Assembly (NCBI GenBank): GCA_965222605.1
Contig: OZ244960.1
Coordinates: 5,568,001 to 5,632,000 of the forward strand
Direction: 5' to 3'
Length of the DNA stretch: 64,000 nucleotides
DNA from: Candidatus Latescibacterota bacterium
GTDB lineage: Bacteria > Latescibacterota > UBA2968
Position numbers and translations under genes: made by a program. Every line of letters starts with the position of its first letter. Within the stretch, counting starts at the first letter, position 1. The notes under the pieces are model-generated. The model was given only the letters and a program-made list of their open reading frames with translations, searched no databases and had not been told where the DNA came from. Shown piece after piece: positions 1 to 9,627 of this stretch.

Positions 1-584
1 GGACCCCAGACATCTCCATGCGTTGTCATCCACCGCACTGATGTTCGTGTTAGGTGCTTGTAGGTGGTTTGCAACTCGGTCTGAAGGGTCTTGATGGCGT
101 CGTGGAGATCGCCAGGAAGAGAACGGGAAAGAGCTCGCCGAAGTCTGACCTCCACGTAGTCAGTGAGATCTATCTTCCGCATCCTGGATTTGTCGAACTT
201 CTCCGATGCCAGATGAATCTTAGCAAGTCCACGTCCCACCGCACCCAATCGGTGGAGGTGACGAGAGCTACAAGGTTCCCCACCGAGATCAGTCTCCACA
301 GAGAGCACAACAGCATCTCCGATCGCGATACACAAATCTCCGGAGAGAGTGGGGACAATCTGAGGGACAGGGGCATCGTTTGTTGAGAGATGATTAACGA
401 ACTCGACAACTTCCTCGGCACAGAGCTGACCCCGTGCCCAGTTCAATCGCGCGAAGAACCTCGCCCCATTCTTCTTGAAGGTGAAGAGGCGTATCGTGCC
501 TGGGACCGGTATGAGAGAACCATCGAACTGCCAAGCTGACCGAAGGGCCTCCTGGATTCTCTCCTTTGGTGGAATCTGATCCAC
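1..584 (-). CDS. Phosphotransferase (APH / type II homoserine kinase-like), runs off the window edge
   Basis: Manual translation from GTG 584 after a GGAGGAG RBS is open to the edge and contains GRGLAKIH and the Brenner-type THGDVWG motif; absent from the ORF track. Confidence 0.75.
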   Translation of the reverse strand, partial: MDQIPPKERIQEALRSAWQFDGSLIPVPGTIRLFTFKKNGARFFARLNWARGQLCAEEVVEFVNHLSTNDAPVPQIVPTLSGDLCIAIGDAVVLSVETDLGGEPCSSRHLHRLGAVGRGLAKIHLASEKFDKSRMRKIDLTDYVEVRLRRALSRSLPGDLHDAIKTLQTELQTTYKHLTRTSVRWMTTHGDVWG

Positions 585-638
585 TAACTGCTCCTCCGAT
601 ACATGGTTCTCAACAGCCTCTTCGAAGACCAACATGCC

Positions 639-734
639 GTATAACGATACGCCGGTTTGCGAACCCCGAGCTTGTCGAGGGGTTGCCGAAGGCCAAGGCG
701 CGAATGCGCCGTAGCGCGAACCGTGCTGTTAGGC
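639..734 (-). repeat. attC-like recombination site (family A)
   Basis: GTATAAC(639-645)...GTTAGGC(728-734); arms GCCGGTTTGCG / CGCGAACCGTGC pair with an extra base; close paralogue at 13959. Confidence 0.85.
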
Positions 735-789
735 GAAGGACAAAGCCCGAAACCGGGCACGGACGTGTTATGTGAAGTCACCTCTCTCA

Positions 790-1341
790 CTACGAGGCTA
801 TGGCAAGGCGTTTCGCTCCGATTCCTGCCTTGATCGCTTCGTGGGCCAGGGGTGAGAGTAAGGGCTTCCCTCGCTCAACTTTGGTCTCGAACGTGTCAAG
901 TTCCTCGACCGTGAAATGAGATCTCGGCATGAATTCCAGATAGTTGGCAACCTCCATTTCAATGAGGTCGCGAAGATCCGCTTGCGTGACGGGTATGTTC
1001 TCCTCGTGAACACGGTTCCACACAGTTGCCCCCTCCTTTCCTAATCCTTCGAAAAATCCACTGCGGATCGAAACGCTGAAGAGAAAAGCCAATCGCTCGG
1101 CCCTCTCGCCAATCACTTCGCGGATGCGTTGCCGATCTTCAAGGGACGCTGACTCTGTCTTGTAGGATTGCGTGCCGTAGATACTATGAAACAAACCTCC
1201 AAGACACACGGCCTGGTCGTTGCCCCAGTCCTGGAGGAAATCGTGTGTTCCCCGAAGATGGTCTAATAGATCCCCGCCGCTATGAGGGTTTTTGTCAGTG
1301 TTCAGGTCGAGTAAGAGGTCCAGGTGATTCTGTTCGATCAT
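790..1341 (-). CDS. DUF6817-like HD-domain protein (cassette gene)
   Basis: HSGGDLLDHLRGT and GLFHSIYGT motifs; on the minus strand bounded by GTTATGT (1377-1371) and complementary ACATAAC (773-767). Confidence 0.75.
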   Translation of the reverse strand: MIEQNHLDLLLDLNTDKNPHSGGDLLDHLRGTHDFLQDWGNDQAVCLGGLFHSIYGTQSYKTESASLEDRQRIREVIGERAERLAFLFSVSIRSGFFEGLGKEGATVWNRVHEENIPVTQADLRDLIEMEVANYLEFMPRSHFTVEELDTFETKVERGKPLLSPLAHEAIKAGIGAKRLAIAS

Positions 1342-1415
1342 TACGACTCCCCATGTCTTATAGTGATTTCACATAACGGTTGTAATATACGATTTGGGAT
1401 GCCTTCAATCGCTAA

Positions 1416-1886
1416 TCAGACTGAGGTCAGGTCAAGAGCAAAGTGAACCTCGCCGCCAAAGTGACCATCCTGATGGTGTGTGACACGAAAACCGAACCGT
1501 TTGTAGAACTCGATAACCCCAGACCAGGTAGATGTCGTTTCCAGGACAACGCGTTGAAATCCCAACTCTTTAGCCTCTTGGCAGAGCCTTTTCAGTATTT
1601 GCTTGCCAATTCCTCGTCTCCGAAACTCCGGTGACACGGACATTCTGACTATCTCTGCTACCTGGTCTGACTTCGGAATCAGCGCGCCCGAGCCAATAAT
1701 CCTGCCATCAAACCAGGCGACCAGAAATGTGGCATCATCGTAGTAGGCACCGATGTCATTCAAATCTGGATTTAAGATTGGGTCAATTTCTCCCCAGTGT
1801 TCGGCAAGGCCAGCTAAAATTAGGCTCTGGACAGCTTCTTGATCCTCGCTCTCAAATGGCTTTATCGAGATTTGCTGTGCATCCAT
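1416..1886 (-). CDS. GNAT family N-acetyltransferase
   Basis: RMSVSPEFRRRGIG motif A and FYKRFGF. Confidence 0.9.
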   Translation of the reverse strand: MDAQQISIKPFESEDQEAVQSLILAGLAEHWGEIDPILNPDLNDIGAYYDDATFLVAWFDGRIIGSGALIPKSDQVAEIVRMSVSPEFRRRGIGKQILKRLCQEAKELGFQRVVLETTSTWSGVIEFYKRFGFRVTHHQDGHFGGEVHFALDLTSV

Positions 1887-2141
1887 TACCTTTTGAGACA
1901 GTCCTTTCCTCTATTGTAGGCGTTGCGCCTATCAAGAGCAAGATAAATGCTGAAGAAAATCTCCGTTAGAATAATCAAAGTCGTTCACGTTGCTTAAGTT
2001 TGGGGAGAATGTACTTCCGCAAGATAGGATTCAGAGGCCCTTTTGCGTGATCAGAATTCCTGAGATACGAACGATAGTCTTCATTCTTTTCCTCATGATA
2101 ATAGTAATACACTCGTTTTGGCTGCCGATTGCCTCCCGTAT

Positions 2142-3224
2142 CTATTCACCATTCGACAGCCGTGCGACCTCCCCGCGCAGTCGGGCATTCTCTGTTACGA
2201 TCTTGCCAGCGCGAACGTCTGCCTCCCTGAACTTTGCCATGAAAACCGCTCCGTTTGGAGTGCGATTGTAATCATAAATGATGTAGATTGTTCCATCGCC
2301 TGCCTGCACGCCATCGGGATAGGTGACCTTCTCCCGTTCATCCAGCATGAGTCCGCCCTGCCACGTCTGGCCTTCATCGTCGGATACAAACGCCACCAGT
2401 TTCTCGCGTCTCGTCTTTTCGGTCATGGATCCATGCTTGACCAATAACAATGCGCCAGATTTCAAACGACGCACAAAAAACCGGGTGGTCGGATGTGGTA
2501 TTTTAAGACGTTCAACGGGCGACCAGGTCTTTCCATGATCGTAAGAAACTGTCTGGCCGATGCCACGGACCCGCACCAGCATCCAGAGTGAGCCATCCTT
2601 TCGCTCAACAATCATCGGCTCATCAGGGCCCCGCAATTCCGCGTTAACAATATTGGCTGTACCACGAAGCTCGAAGGTCTTGCCCCGATCGCGCGAGGCG
2701 TAGACCTTGATGCTGTTGTCAGTCTTCCATACAGACGAGGTAAAGAGCCAGTCGCCATCCGATAGTACCGTTGGTTTGTTCAGCATAATGCCATTACCCA
2801 ATCGACGCGGTTTCGACCATGTTGGGTTCTCAGCATCTGGATTGCTGGTGACAATGGTCCATATGCCGTAACGGCCATCTTGTTGACCAAAACTCTGTCC
2901 CCAGAAAACCCACATCCGATCCTGGGGGTCGATCCAGATGGAAGCGGACATAGCCCGAACGTCCCTACAGGGCAGTACTATGACTTTTGGATCTGACCAG
3001 GTGTGCCCATCGTCATCACTCCGAATCAAGACCTGGTAGTTTCGCGGGCTTTCGACATCCCGCCCGTAAACTGCCCACAACCGTCCCTTCGTGGTGCGTT
3101 CGATGCCTGGCACGCCCTGTCGTGTGGTCGGCGGCACATGCTGTTTCCACGGATTGACAATGACCGTCGCCGGTTTGAGTGCAATATCGGCATCACGCTG
3201 TTTCTCAGGTTTTGCATCTGTCAT
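2142..3224 (-). CDS. Sialidase family (BNR/Asp-box repeat) protein
   Basis: Asp boxes SDDDGHTW, SRDRGKTF, SYDHGKTW, SDDEGQTW. Confidence 0.85.
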   Translation of the reverse strand: MTDAKPEKQRDADIALKPATVIVNPWKQHVPPTTRQGVPGIERTTKGRLWAVYGRDVESPRNYQVLIRSDDDGHTWSDPKVIVLPCRDVRAMSASIWIDPQDRMWVFWGQSFGQQDGRYGIWTIVTSNPDAENPTWSKPRRLGNGIMLNKPTVLSDGDWLFTSSVWKTDNSIKVYASRDRGKTFELRGTANIVNAELRGPDEPMIVERKDGSLWMLVRVRGIGQTVSYDHGKTWSPVERLKIPHPTTRFFVRRLKSGALLLVKHGSMTEKTRREKLVAFVSDDEGQTWQGGLMLDEREKVTYPDGVQAGDGTIYIIYDYNRTPNGAVFMAKFREADVRAGKIVTENARLRGEVARLSNGE

Positions 3225-3856
3225 GTTGTTTTCTTCAATTGTTTTGGGACGTGCGATTCCCGCAAAAACGCAAAGGTCACAAAGAGTGCAAGGAATGCCG
3301 GAAGGACTGCCACCAACAATGGATAGGCCATTTCGCCTGTCATCCCGAGTGCTACGACTCCAAGCAGCGGAGCGATCAACAAAGAGAGATCCATAAGGGA
3401 ATCAAATGCCCCCATGGCGGGGCCAACCACGAAGGACAGTCCTTGACTGCTTCTGAGAATCCCGAAGAACCGTCCTGGAGCATCCTTGCCAAGCGTTGAA
3501 GTGATTGCCAGGAGAGCGGGCATCGAGATGGCATCAGCGACACCACCGAGGACTCGAAGAACTACCAAATGGACCCAGTCGCTCGCAATCAGACACAAAA
3601 GAGATGAAACTGAACCGAGGGCCGTGCCTACCAGAATGAGACGCTGCCGTGAGAAGCGATCCGCAAGGGCACCCGCGAAGAATTGGGCGACTACCACTGT
3701 GGCGAGGGCAGCCGACACGACTATGGGTATCTGGTACATTTCAGCTCCGAGTTCCGTGCTGAGTCTCGGCAATACGGGAAGGCTGACGAGAGTACTCAGG
3801 AAGATGATGAACGCCATCAAGCCGATGGCATACATCCTATGCAGGTCAGATGTCAT
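3221..3856 (-). pseudogene. MFS transporter with large internal deletion
   Basis: MFS motif A GALADRFSRQ; only 211 aa, N-terminal helices joined to C-terminal helices near VVGP/AMGAF. Confidence 0.7.
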
Positions 3857-3865
3857 TACCCTTCC

Positions 3866-4207
3866 TCAGTGAAGACGGACCTTGGGTTCATCCCGGAAGG
3901 GGTAGCTATACCAGAAGCACCCGAAGCCGTCCAAGACATCAATCGACGGTTCGTCTTTCTCGCGTTCGAGATAGTGGTCGTAGGCCCAGCGATCCGGCTC
4001 ACTCGTATTTCGTAGCCCTCTCAGAAAGCTCTGCCAAGCCTCACTTTCTTGCGCTGTCTCCTTCGTGACTCGAATGTTCAAAAGTGTCCGAAGCATTGTG
4101 CAGTCGATCAGGGTGTCTTCCAAGGGTCTGTGAGACAATTCGGACATACGTCTGGCAAAGGCCAGCTGGACCGAGATGAACTCATATGGTAGGCCGAGTT
4201 TGGGCAT
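3866..4207 (-). CDS. Hypothetical cassette protein, possibly C-terminally truncated
   Basis: 113-aa ORF starting just after the attC at 4238, ending abruptly at the MFS RBS. Confidence 0.5.
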   Translation of the reverse strand: MPKLGLPYEFISVQLAFARRMSELSHRPLEDTLIDCTMLRTLLNIRVTKETAQESEAWQSFLRGLRNTSEPDRWAYDHYLEREKDEPSIDVLDGFGCFWYSYPFRDEPKVRLH

Positions 4208-4237
4208 TCACTATGTACCTGAAAATACCGGCATGGC

Positions 4238-4345
4238 ACTTAACGTTCTCGGCACCCACAAACCTGGCATAGCCAGGTTGGGCGAATGACCGAGGCTGGG
4301 GGCCAAGGCGCGACAGCACCGCAGACCAACACCGACGTGTTAGGC
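4238..4345 (-). repeat. attC-like site
   Basis: ACTTAAC(4238-4244)...GTTAGGC(4339-4345), inner hairpin AACCTGGC/GCCAGGTT, 11 bp after the GrpB stop. Confidence 0.75.
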
Positions 4346-4356
4346 GTTACACTGTG

Positions 4357-4911
4357 CTATTTGTCAAATGGTAAGTACAGACTACACCGGCACCCCAGGG
4401 CCTCCAGCCCTTTCTCATAGATTTTCTCGCACAGAGCGACTTTTCCGTCCATATACGACTGGCGGTCATTGTCGTGCTCTTCAGCGAGTTGCCATTTCAG
4501 GTTACTAAGCCTACGAGCATATTCGGGACTTTGTCTGAGGAAATCTCTGAAGACAAGATGCCGCTTCAAGGCTTCACTATATTTGTCACAAACGTACGTA
4601 TGGTGGACGGGCAAAGATTCCTTCAGTCCGCTATCCGACAGATCAAAGGCATCTCTTCCGGGAATACCCAGGTCACCTTCATGGAAATATCCGATCTCTG
4701 CAAGCCGGTCCTTCGTACTCTCGAAATCCTGCCTCTCAATGACAATGTCAACGTCAATGATTGGCTTCGCGGTCATTCCGGCGACAGATGTGCTACCGAC
4801 GTGCTCGAGGCTGCAATACCTTCCTGACAAAACAGAGTCAAAACGGCGTCGCAACTCTTCGAACCTTGAAGGCCAGGTCGGATCGTAGTGCTTTACTAAC
4901 ATAACTCTCAT
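4357..4911 (-). CDS. GrpB family protein
   Basis: EHVGSTSV, AKPIIDVD, FRDFLR motifs. Confidence 0.9.
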   Translation of the reverse strand: MRVMLVKHYDPTWPSRFEELRRRFDSVLSGRYCSLEHVGSTSVAGMTAKPIIDVDIVIERQDFESTKDRLAEIGYFHEGDLGIPGRDAFDLSDSGLKESLPVHHTYVCDKYSEALKRHLVFRDFLRQSPEYARRLSNLKWQLAEEHDNDRQSYMDGKVALCEKIYEKGLEALGCRCSLYLPFDK

Positions 4912-4926
4912 TTTATCCTGATATTA

Positions 4927-5335
4927 TTATGATCTCTCTTCATCGGCATCATGAAAATCAAAAAAGGTCAATATGTCATCCCGATCCGAAAATCCACGCT
5001 TCGCTTTCATTTTTTTAAGCTCAGGAGTCGTCGCGCCAGCCACGTTTTTCCATGAATTGATTCCATATTTGGATTTCTTCATTATTGGGACGCCTACCAT
5101 TCTCAAAACACCATTGTAGTATCTCTCCATCAGTTCCACCAGAAAGCACCCTTTGAACTAGCGCGTCGTAGTCTACCTGAAGAAAGCGAAGGCATTGACC
5201 ATCAAGTCCAAAACCACGATTATAGTCGTCCGGAAGCTTGCCTTGATGGTGAAGTCGGATTTTGTCTAGCATTCGCCCAAAAAAGACGATTTCTTCTACC
5301 TTTTCGTAGGAACTCCTTAAGTTGGGAATTTGCAT
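4927..5335 (-). pseudogene. DUF5069-like protein, frameshifted near 5025
   Basis: FGRMLDKIRL..GKLPDDY N-terminal part; C-terminal ILTFFDFHDADE in another frame (4927-5030). Confidence 0.7.
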
Positions 5336-5402
5336 ATGACATTTCTCATAGAATAAAATTTTCTGATTCATTTTACGGACCTGAATCGGCCCTTTCCATT
5401 GC

Positions 5403-5455
5403 ATTTAACGTCTTGCCGGTTTGCGAACCCGCGCAGTGGTAACTGATTGTTATAT
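5403..5455 (-). repeat. Shortened or chimeric attC-like site (family A left arm)
   Basis: ATTTAAC...GTTATAT; shares GCCGGTTTGCGAACCC with 639 and 13959. Confidence 0.6.
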
Positions 5456-5480
5456 GGCGTTTGATCCAAATGCTGGAATT

Positions 5481-5996
5481 TCAGTCAGTCCATTTTTGCT
5501 CAGATAGAAAAGCCTGCAATTCTGCACGCACCGCTTCCAAAGATGCCTGAACATCGTCTATTTCTCCTTGGGTTGCCCCTTTGAGTTTTAAATTCTCAAT
5601 TCTCAACTCGAGAATCTTACTTTGGCTGATAAGGCCGTAACCTTTTATGGCTACGAGAGAGTTTGGAAAACCGATATTCTGTTGTTCCCAAAGCAAACTC
5701 GATTGAAAGCGATGCAAGTCTTTCCCTTTGAGTTTAATGGAGACATCCTGTTCGGGATGTATCTCGTTAAATCTGAATATATGCTGATTGAGGTCGCTCT
5801 TGCTAAGAATAAGATTGCTGAAATCCCGGAATCTATCGAGGTGTTTCTCTATTCGATTTGCGATCTTCATGAAGTTTTCGTATCCAAATCTCTTGTCATT
5901 CATCTGCAATTCCCACCATCTATCTTCTGATGAAGAGATGGATGGTAGGACCACAAGAATAATGGCAAAAAGCCCAATGGCAGAAGGAAGTTTCAT
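5481..5996 (-). CDS. Hypothetical secreted protein
   Basis: ATG 5996 with GAGGAG RBS; signal-peptide-like MKLPSAIGLFAIILVVLP. Confidence 0.7.
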   Translation of the reverse strand: MKLPSAIGLFAIILVVLPSISSSEDRWWELQMNDKRFGYENFMKIANRIEKHLDRFRDFSNLILSKSDLNQHIFRFNEIHPEQDVSIKLKGKDLHRFQSSLLWEQQNIGFPNSLVAIKGYGLISQSKILELRIENLKLKGATQGEIDDVQASLEAVRAELQAFLSEQKWTD

Positions 5997-6035
5997 GATC
6001 GTCTCCTCAAGAGGTAGGTAAGAAGCCTCCAATTC

Positions 6036-6087
6036 ATTCAACAGTAACCCCGTGTTAAGCGTCTGGTGCAGCTTGGGGTGGTTGGGC
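6036..6087 (-). repeat. Possible short attC-like site
   Basis: ATTCAAC...GTTGGGC with ACCCC/GGGGT and AAGC/GCTT pairing, intergenic. Confidence 0.4.
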
Positions 6088-6130
6088 AAAGTCTTGACAG
6101 GACGCGCACTTCTCGTTGCTTTGCGATTCA

Positions 6131-6841
6131 TCATGGCTTCCGACCAAAGCCGATGAAGACATTGTCCCAGGATTCCCCCAACTCGGAGACTCTGAGTATC
6201 CGGGAGTCGTGAAATCCAGCTTCCACGAAAAGATCCTGAACTTCCGATTCGTCAAAGTAGTGCCAGAAGACAGGACCTTTTCCACCTTCCTTCAAGATCA
6301 CGTCTCCGTCATCCAGCCCCTGCTGGTTGATTCGCTCATATCTGGAATCGGCTTCCAACAGTCTTAGCGTTCTAGTCCGATCGTGGACAGTGAGGGATGA
6401 AAGGCCCCCGGCGACGAGTATGCGAAACGCTTCTTGGAGAAGGGTCTGGCGAGCTTTCTTTGTGGGAACATTCGCGAGAATTTGGCTCCAGAAAATGACG
6501 ATGTCGTAAGTCCTGTCCGGCTCTGAGATATTGGTACCATTTGTCAGCTCGAATTCCGCGTGACTGTGTCTTTGGTTGGCGATACTCCTGGCTGCCGTGA
6601 TCAGATTTTCAGATATGTCAATTCCTTTGACCTTGTATCCGAGCGCCTCAAGAGCGAACGCCTCGCGTCCCACTCCGCATCCGACAACCAGGACTTTACC
6701 CGAGCCAGGAAAGAACTGGTCGATAGCAGCCTTCTCATACTTACGAAGGCCCTCAGCAACTCTCTGAGTGTACTTTTCGACAGCATCGGCTATAGAGTAA
6801 CTCGCGAGAATTCCCCGTCGTAGTTCTTCAGCCTCAATCAC
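6131..6841 (-). CDS. Class I SAM-dependent methyltransferase
   Basis: VLVVGCGVGRE, GIDIS motifs. Confidence 0.85.
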   Translation of the reverse strand: MIEAEELRRGILASYSIADAVEKYTQRVAEGLRKYEKAAIDQFFPGSGKVLVVGCGVGREAFALEALGYKVKGIDISENLITAARSIANQRHSHAEFELTNGTNISEPDRTYDIVIFWSQILANVPTKKARQTLLQEAFRILVAGGLSSLTVHDRTRTLRLLEADSRYERINQQGLDDGDVILKEGGKGPVFWHYFDESEVQDLFVEAGFHDSRILRVSELGESWDNVFIGFGRKP

Positions 6842-6857
6842 GTTGAATGGCCTCCTC

Positions 6858-7037
6858 TAGGATTGCGTGCCGTAGATGCTATGAAACAAACCTCCAAGAC
6901 ACACGGCCTGGTCGTTGCCCCATTCCTGGAGGAAATCGTGTGTTCCCCGAAGATGGTCTAATAGATCCCCGCCGCTGTGAGGGTTTTCGTCAGTGTTCAG
7001 GTCGAGTAAGAGGTCCAGGTGATTCTGTTCGATCATT
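6858..7037 (-). pseudogene. 5-prime third of a second DUF6817 cassette copy
   Basis: Near-identical to about 1163-1341. Confidence 0.85.
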
Positions 7038-7062
7038 ATGGCTCCCTATGCCTTATCTATTA

Positions 7063-7963
7063 ACCTTTGGTGCTAGTAGATAAGAAGTTGTAAGTCGCCA
7101 GAAGTTTACCTATGCTGAATGAGTTAGCACCTCATTCATTCACAGCAGGGAGGTAAACTTCATGACGACTGAAATGCTGATCATTGACCTGTTCTGTCGG
7201 GTAGATGATCAAACGCAAGACCTTGAGAAACATCCTCAAGCCAAGCTCTATCCCAGCGAAGTCATCACGTTGGCCTTGCTTTTTGCGATTAAAGGGGTGG
7301 GCAATCGCGCCTATTATGATTGGCTGATAAACGATTGGCAGCACCTGTTTCCTAACTTACCTCATCGCACGCGCTTGTTTCGCCTCTTTTTAAGGCATCA
7401 ACACGCCACAAGCCGATTTTTAGCCGAAAAGAGCGTGTTGGGCATCATTGATAGCTATGGCATTGAGTTGATTCATCCGATCCGAGAAGGCAGAAGTCCT
7501 GCTCAGATCGGGAAGAAAGGCAAATCGAATTATCGCTGGATTGTCGGTGGCAAGCTCTGTCTGTTGATCAATCAATGGGGTCTCATCGTGGATTGGGACT
7601 GTCAGACAGCTAATGTTCACGATACCACCTTCCACCATCTCATCAAGCAGGTGCAATCAGACATGGTCGTCTTTGCCGATGTCGGCTTTCAAAAAGCGCA
7701 AGACAACCCAGAAAACTTAAAAATCTGTCCGCGTGGCACTTGGAATGAGCGCATGGTGGTTGAAACCATCTTATCTATGATGACGCTCGTGTGGCATTTT
7801 AAGAAAGTCATGCATCGGGTCTGGAGCTATTTTGCAATGCGATTGGCTTTTACCATGGCCGCCTTCAATATCTTGGTACAATGGCAGGGCTTTAAACCCG
7901 ATGAAGATGGGTTCATTAACCTTGCCATCGCACACTTCAGAATATAACACTAGCACCAAAGGT
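7063..7963 (+). mobile_element. IS982-like insertion sequence
   Basis: 15-bp TIRs ACCTTTGGTGCTAGT / ACTAGCACCAAAGGT; 5-bp target duplication TATTA (7058-7062, 7964-7968). Confidence 0.85.
7162..7947 (+). CDS. DDE transposase (IS982-like)
   Basis: IIDS, TANVHD, FADVGF, ERMVVET motifs. Confidence 0.85.
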   Translation: MTTEMLIIDLFCRVDDQTQDLEKHPQAKLYPSEVITLALLFAIKGVGNRAYYDWLINDWQHLFPNLPHRTRLFRLFLRHQHATSRFLAEKSVLGIIDSYGIELIHPIREGRSPAQIGKKGKSNYRWIVGGKLCLLINQWGLIVDWDCQTANVHDTTFHHLIKQVQSDMVVFADVGFQKAQDNPENLKICPRGTWNERMVVETILSMMTLVWHFKKVMHRVWSYFAMRLAFTMAAFNILVQWQGFKPDEDGFINLAIAHFRI

Positions 7964-7986
7964 TATTAGCGATCTCAGCAGGTCGT

Positions 7987-8379
7987 TTAGATCGCTAAGA
8001 TATTGTCGATTGTCTGCAGTTCGTCCTCGGTAAAATTCAGGTTGTCGAGGACACCGAGGCTGTCCTCGATTTGTTCGGGGCGGCTGGCCCCGCAAAGCGC
8101 GGTAGTGACCGCCTCCTGGCGGAGGACCCAGGCGATGGCCATCTGGCCGAGGGTCTCTTCGGCAGAGCCATAGGGCGGTCCATAGTTGTTGGCCAAATCC
8201 AGGTGTGTGATGCCGTGGTCGAAGGCGGTGCGCACCATAGCACGCCCGGTTTCAAACATATCGACGCCGCCAAAATTATGCCACAGACCGAGAGAGAGCA
8301 GAGGTAGTTGAATACCGCTGTTGCCGCACCGACTATATGTCATGCCGTCGTAACGTGATTGGGACGGGAAGTCGGACAT
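7987..8379 (-). pseudogene. Aldo/keto reductase (YghZ/MgrA type) with internal deletion
   Basis: SLGLWHNFG and DLANNYGPPYGSAEE fused directly to C-terminal QMAIAWVL; 130 aa, far shorter than a full AKR. Confidence 0.85.
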
Positions 8380-8419
8380 GAATGCTCCCTTGCTATAGAC
8401 TGGTGAGGGTTAATCCGAG

Positions 8420-8486
8420 CTTGCGGTCTCTCTTGCCGTGGCGAATAAAGTGCAAACGCATTAAGGCTACTACCGCGCTGTTAGCC
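8420..8486 (-). pseudogene. Remnant of histidine phosphatase 5-prime end plus attC half-site
   Basis: Matches 13841-13888 joined to 14042-14057; GTTAGCC at 8480-8486. Confidence 0.8.
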
Positions 8487-8519
8487 GAAGTGTGAGTGAC
8501 TTCGATGGACATGAGATCA

Positions 8520-8942
8520 TCACAAACTTGACCCCTTCAGCTGCTCAATGATCTTCTTATCTGCCTCGAATGCCATCTCTGTTGGCGGCCGATCAAGCGG
8601 GAAAAATTGGGCTTCAGAGGCATCGTCTCTCGCGACCAAATTACCTCCCTTCTCTCTTGCCCCAAACCATACTCCGACAACGCTTCGTTCAGGTGTGTGA
8701 TGTGTAGATAGCACGTTCACGATGTCACCGACTTCCACATCCAATCCGGTCTCTTCCTTAATTTCACGTACCATAGCATCCCGAACGTCCTCTCCAATCT
8801 CAACATTCCCGCAGGGAATACACCACTTTCCCTTGTTTGATCCGTACTTTCGACGCACCATCAAGATTTGTTTGCCTCTAAGAACCACTCCTGCAACTCC
8901 GGCTTTCACAAAAGGCCATTGGGTAGTTTTATGGTTCGTCAT
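8520..8942 (-). CDS. NUDIX hydrolase
   Basis: Nudix box GNVEIGEDVRDAMVREIKEETG. Confidence 0.9.
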   Translation of the reverse strand: MTNHKTTQWPFVKAGVAGVVLRGKQILMVRRKYGSNKGKWCIPCGNVEIGEDVRDAMVREIKEETGLDVEVGDIVNVLSTHHTPERSVVGVWFGAREKGGNLVARDDASEAQFFPLDRPPTEMAFEADKKIIEQLKGSSL

Positions 8943-8984
8943 GAGAGCCTCATCATGAAAGTTGGTGAGTATGCACGATAAAGA

Positions 8985-9190
8985 CGATAATTTATCGTAA
9001 CAAGAGATATGCCTTGGTCAAACAGGATGGGAACGAGACGAGGTCCTCTTTCAGATTTGTCCCCAAAGTAGAATCCGCCGCCATGTATCCATACAAAAAT
9101 AGGAGAGGGACTTTTTGAAGGCACTTTATAAACATCAAGCACATTTCTCTCGTGAGGGCAATAAGGAACATTCTGAAAGGTTGGTTCCAT
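8985..9190 (-). pseudogene. Alpha/beta hydrolase N-terminal fragment
   Basis: LDVY, WIHGGGF, INYRL, then joins the NUDIX cassette leader. Confidence 0.8.
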
Positions 9191-9210
9191 ATTGGTTTTT
9201 CTTCTGAATC

Positions 9211-9620
9211 TCACAACTCTTCTTTCGACCGACCTGGCACGCGCCCGTTAAGAATGTCCTGTCCGGTTTGTCCCAACTCGTTCGTTTTGGGCCAGGATTT
9301 GTCGAGATATCTCTTTGCCTGGGCCTCAAACGCCTTGTATTCGTCGGCGCTGATCTTCCCGTCATGATCCCTATCAATGAATGGGAAGAGCCATTCAAAA
9401 TCGGATCTGTCACCGGCCCATTCATGCCAAGAAGACCACTCCTTTTTTGGGGATGTGGCGTATTTCTCCTGGTAATTGGGCTGCACAACCCTCCTCATGG
9501 CAATGTCTATCAGTTCCTCTTCCCAACTCAGGAATTCATCGCTATTAAGATTTGCCCGGTGCCAATCGGGGTGTGGGAACTCCTCATAAGAAACGTAGCC
9601 GTCTTTGTTCCTGTCTAAAG
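9211..9620 (-). pseudogene. EF-hand protein, 5-prime truncated
   Basis: DRNKDGYVSYEE and DRDHDGKISADE loops; frame open from about 9620 with no start codon. Confidence 0.65.
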
Positions 9621-9627
9621 TTCAGAA

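Noticed and set aside
49-55. GTTAGGT as an attC box
   Set aside because: It lies inside the open phosphotransferase frame on the minus strand
1965-1971. Additional attC at GTTAGAA
   Set aside because: No matching partner box or arm pairing found; at most a half-site after a gene fragment
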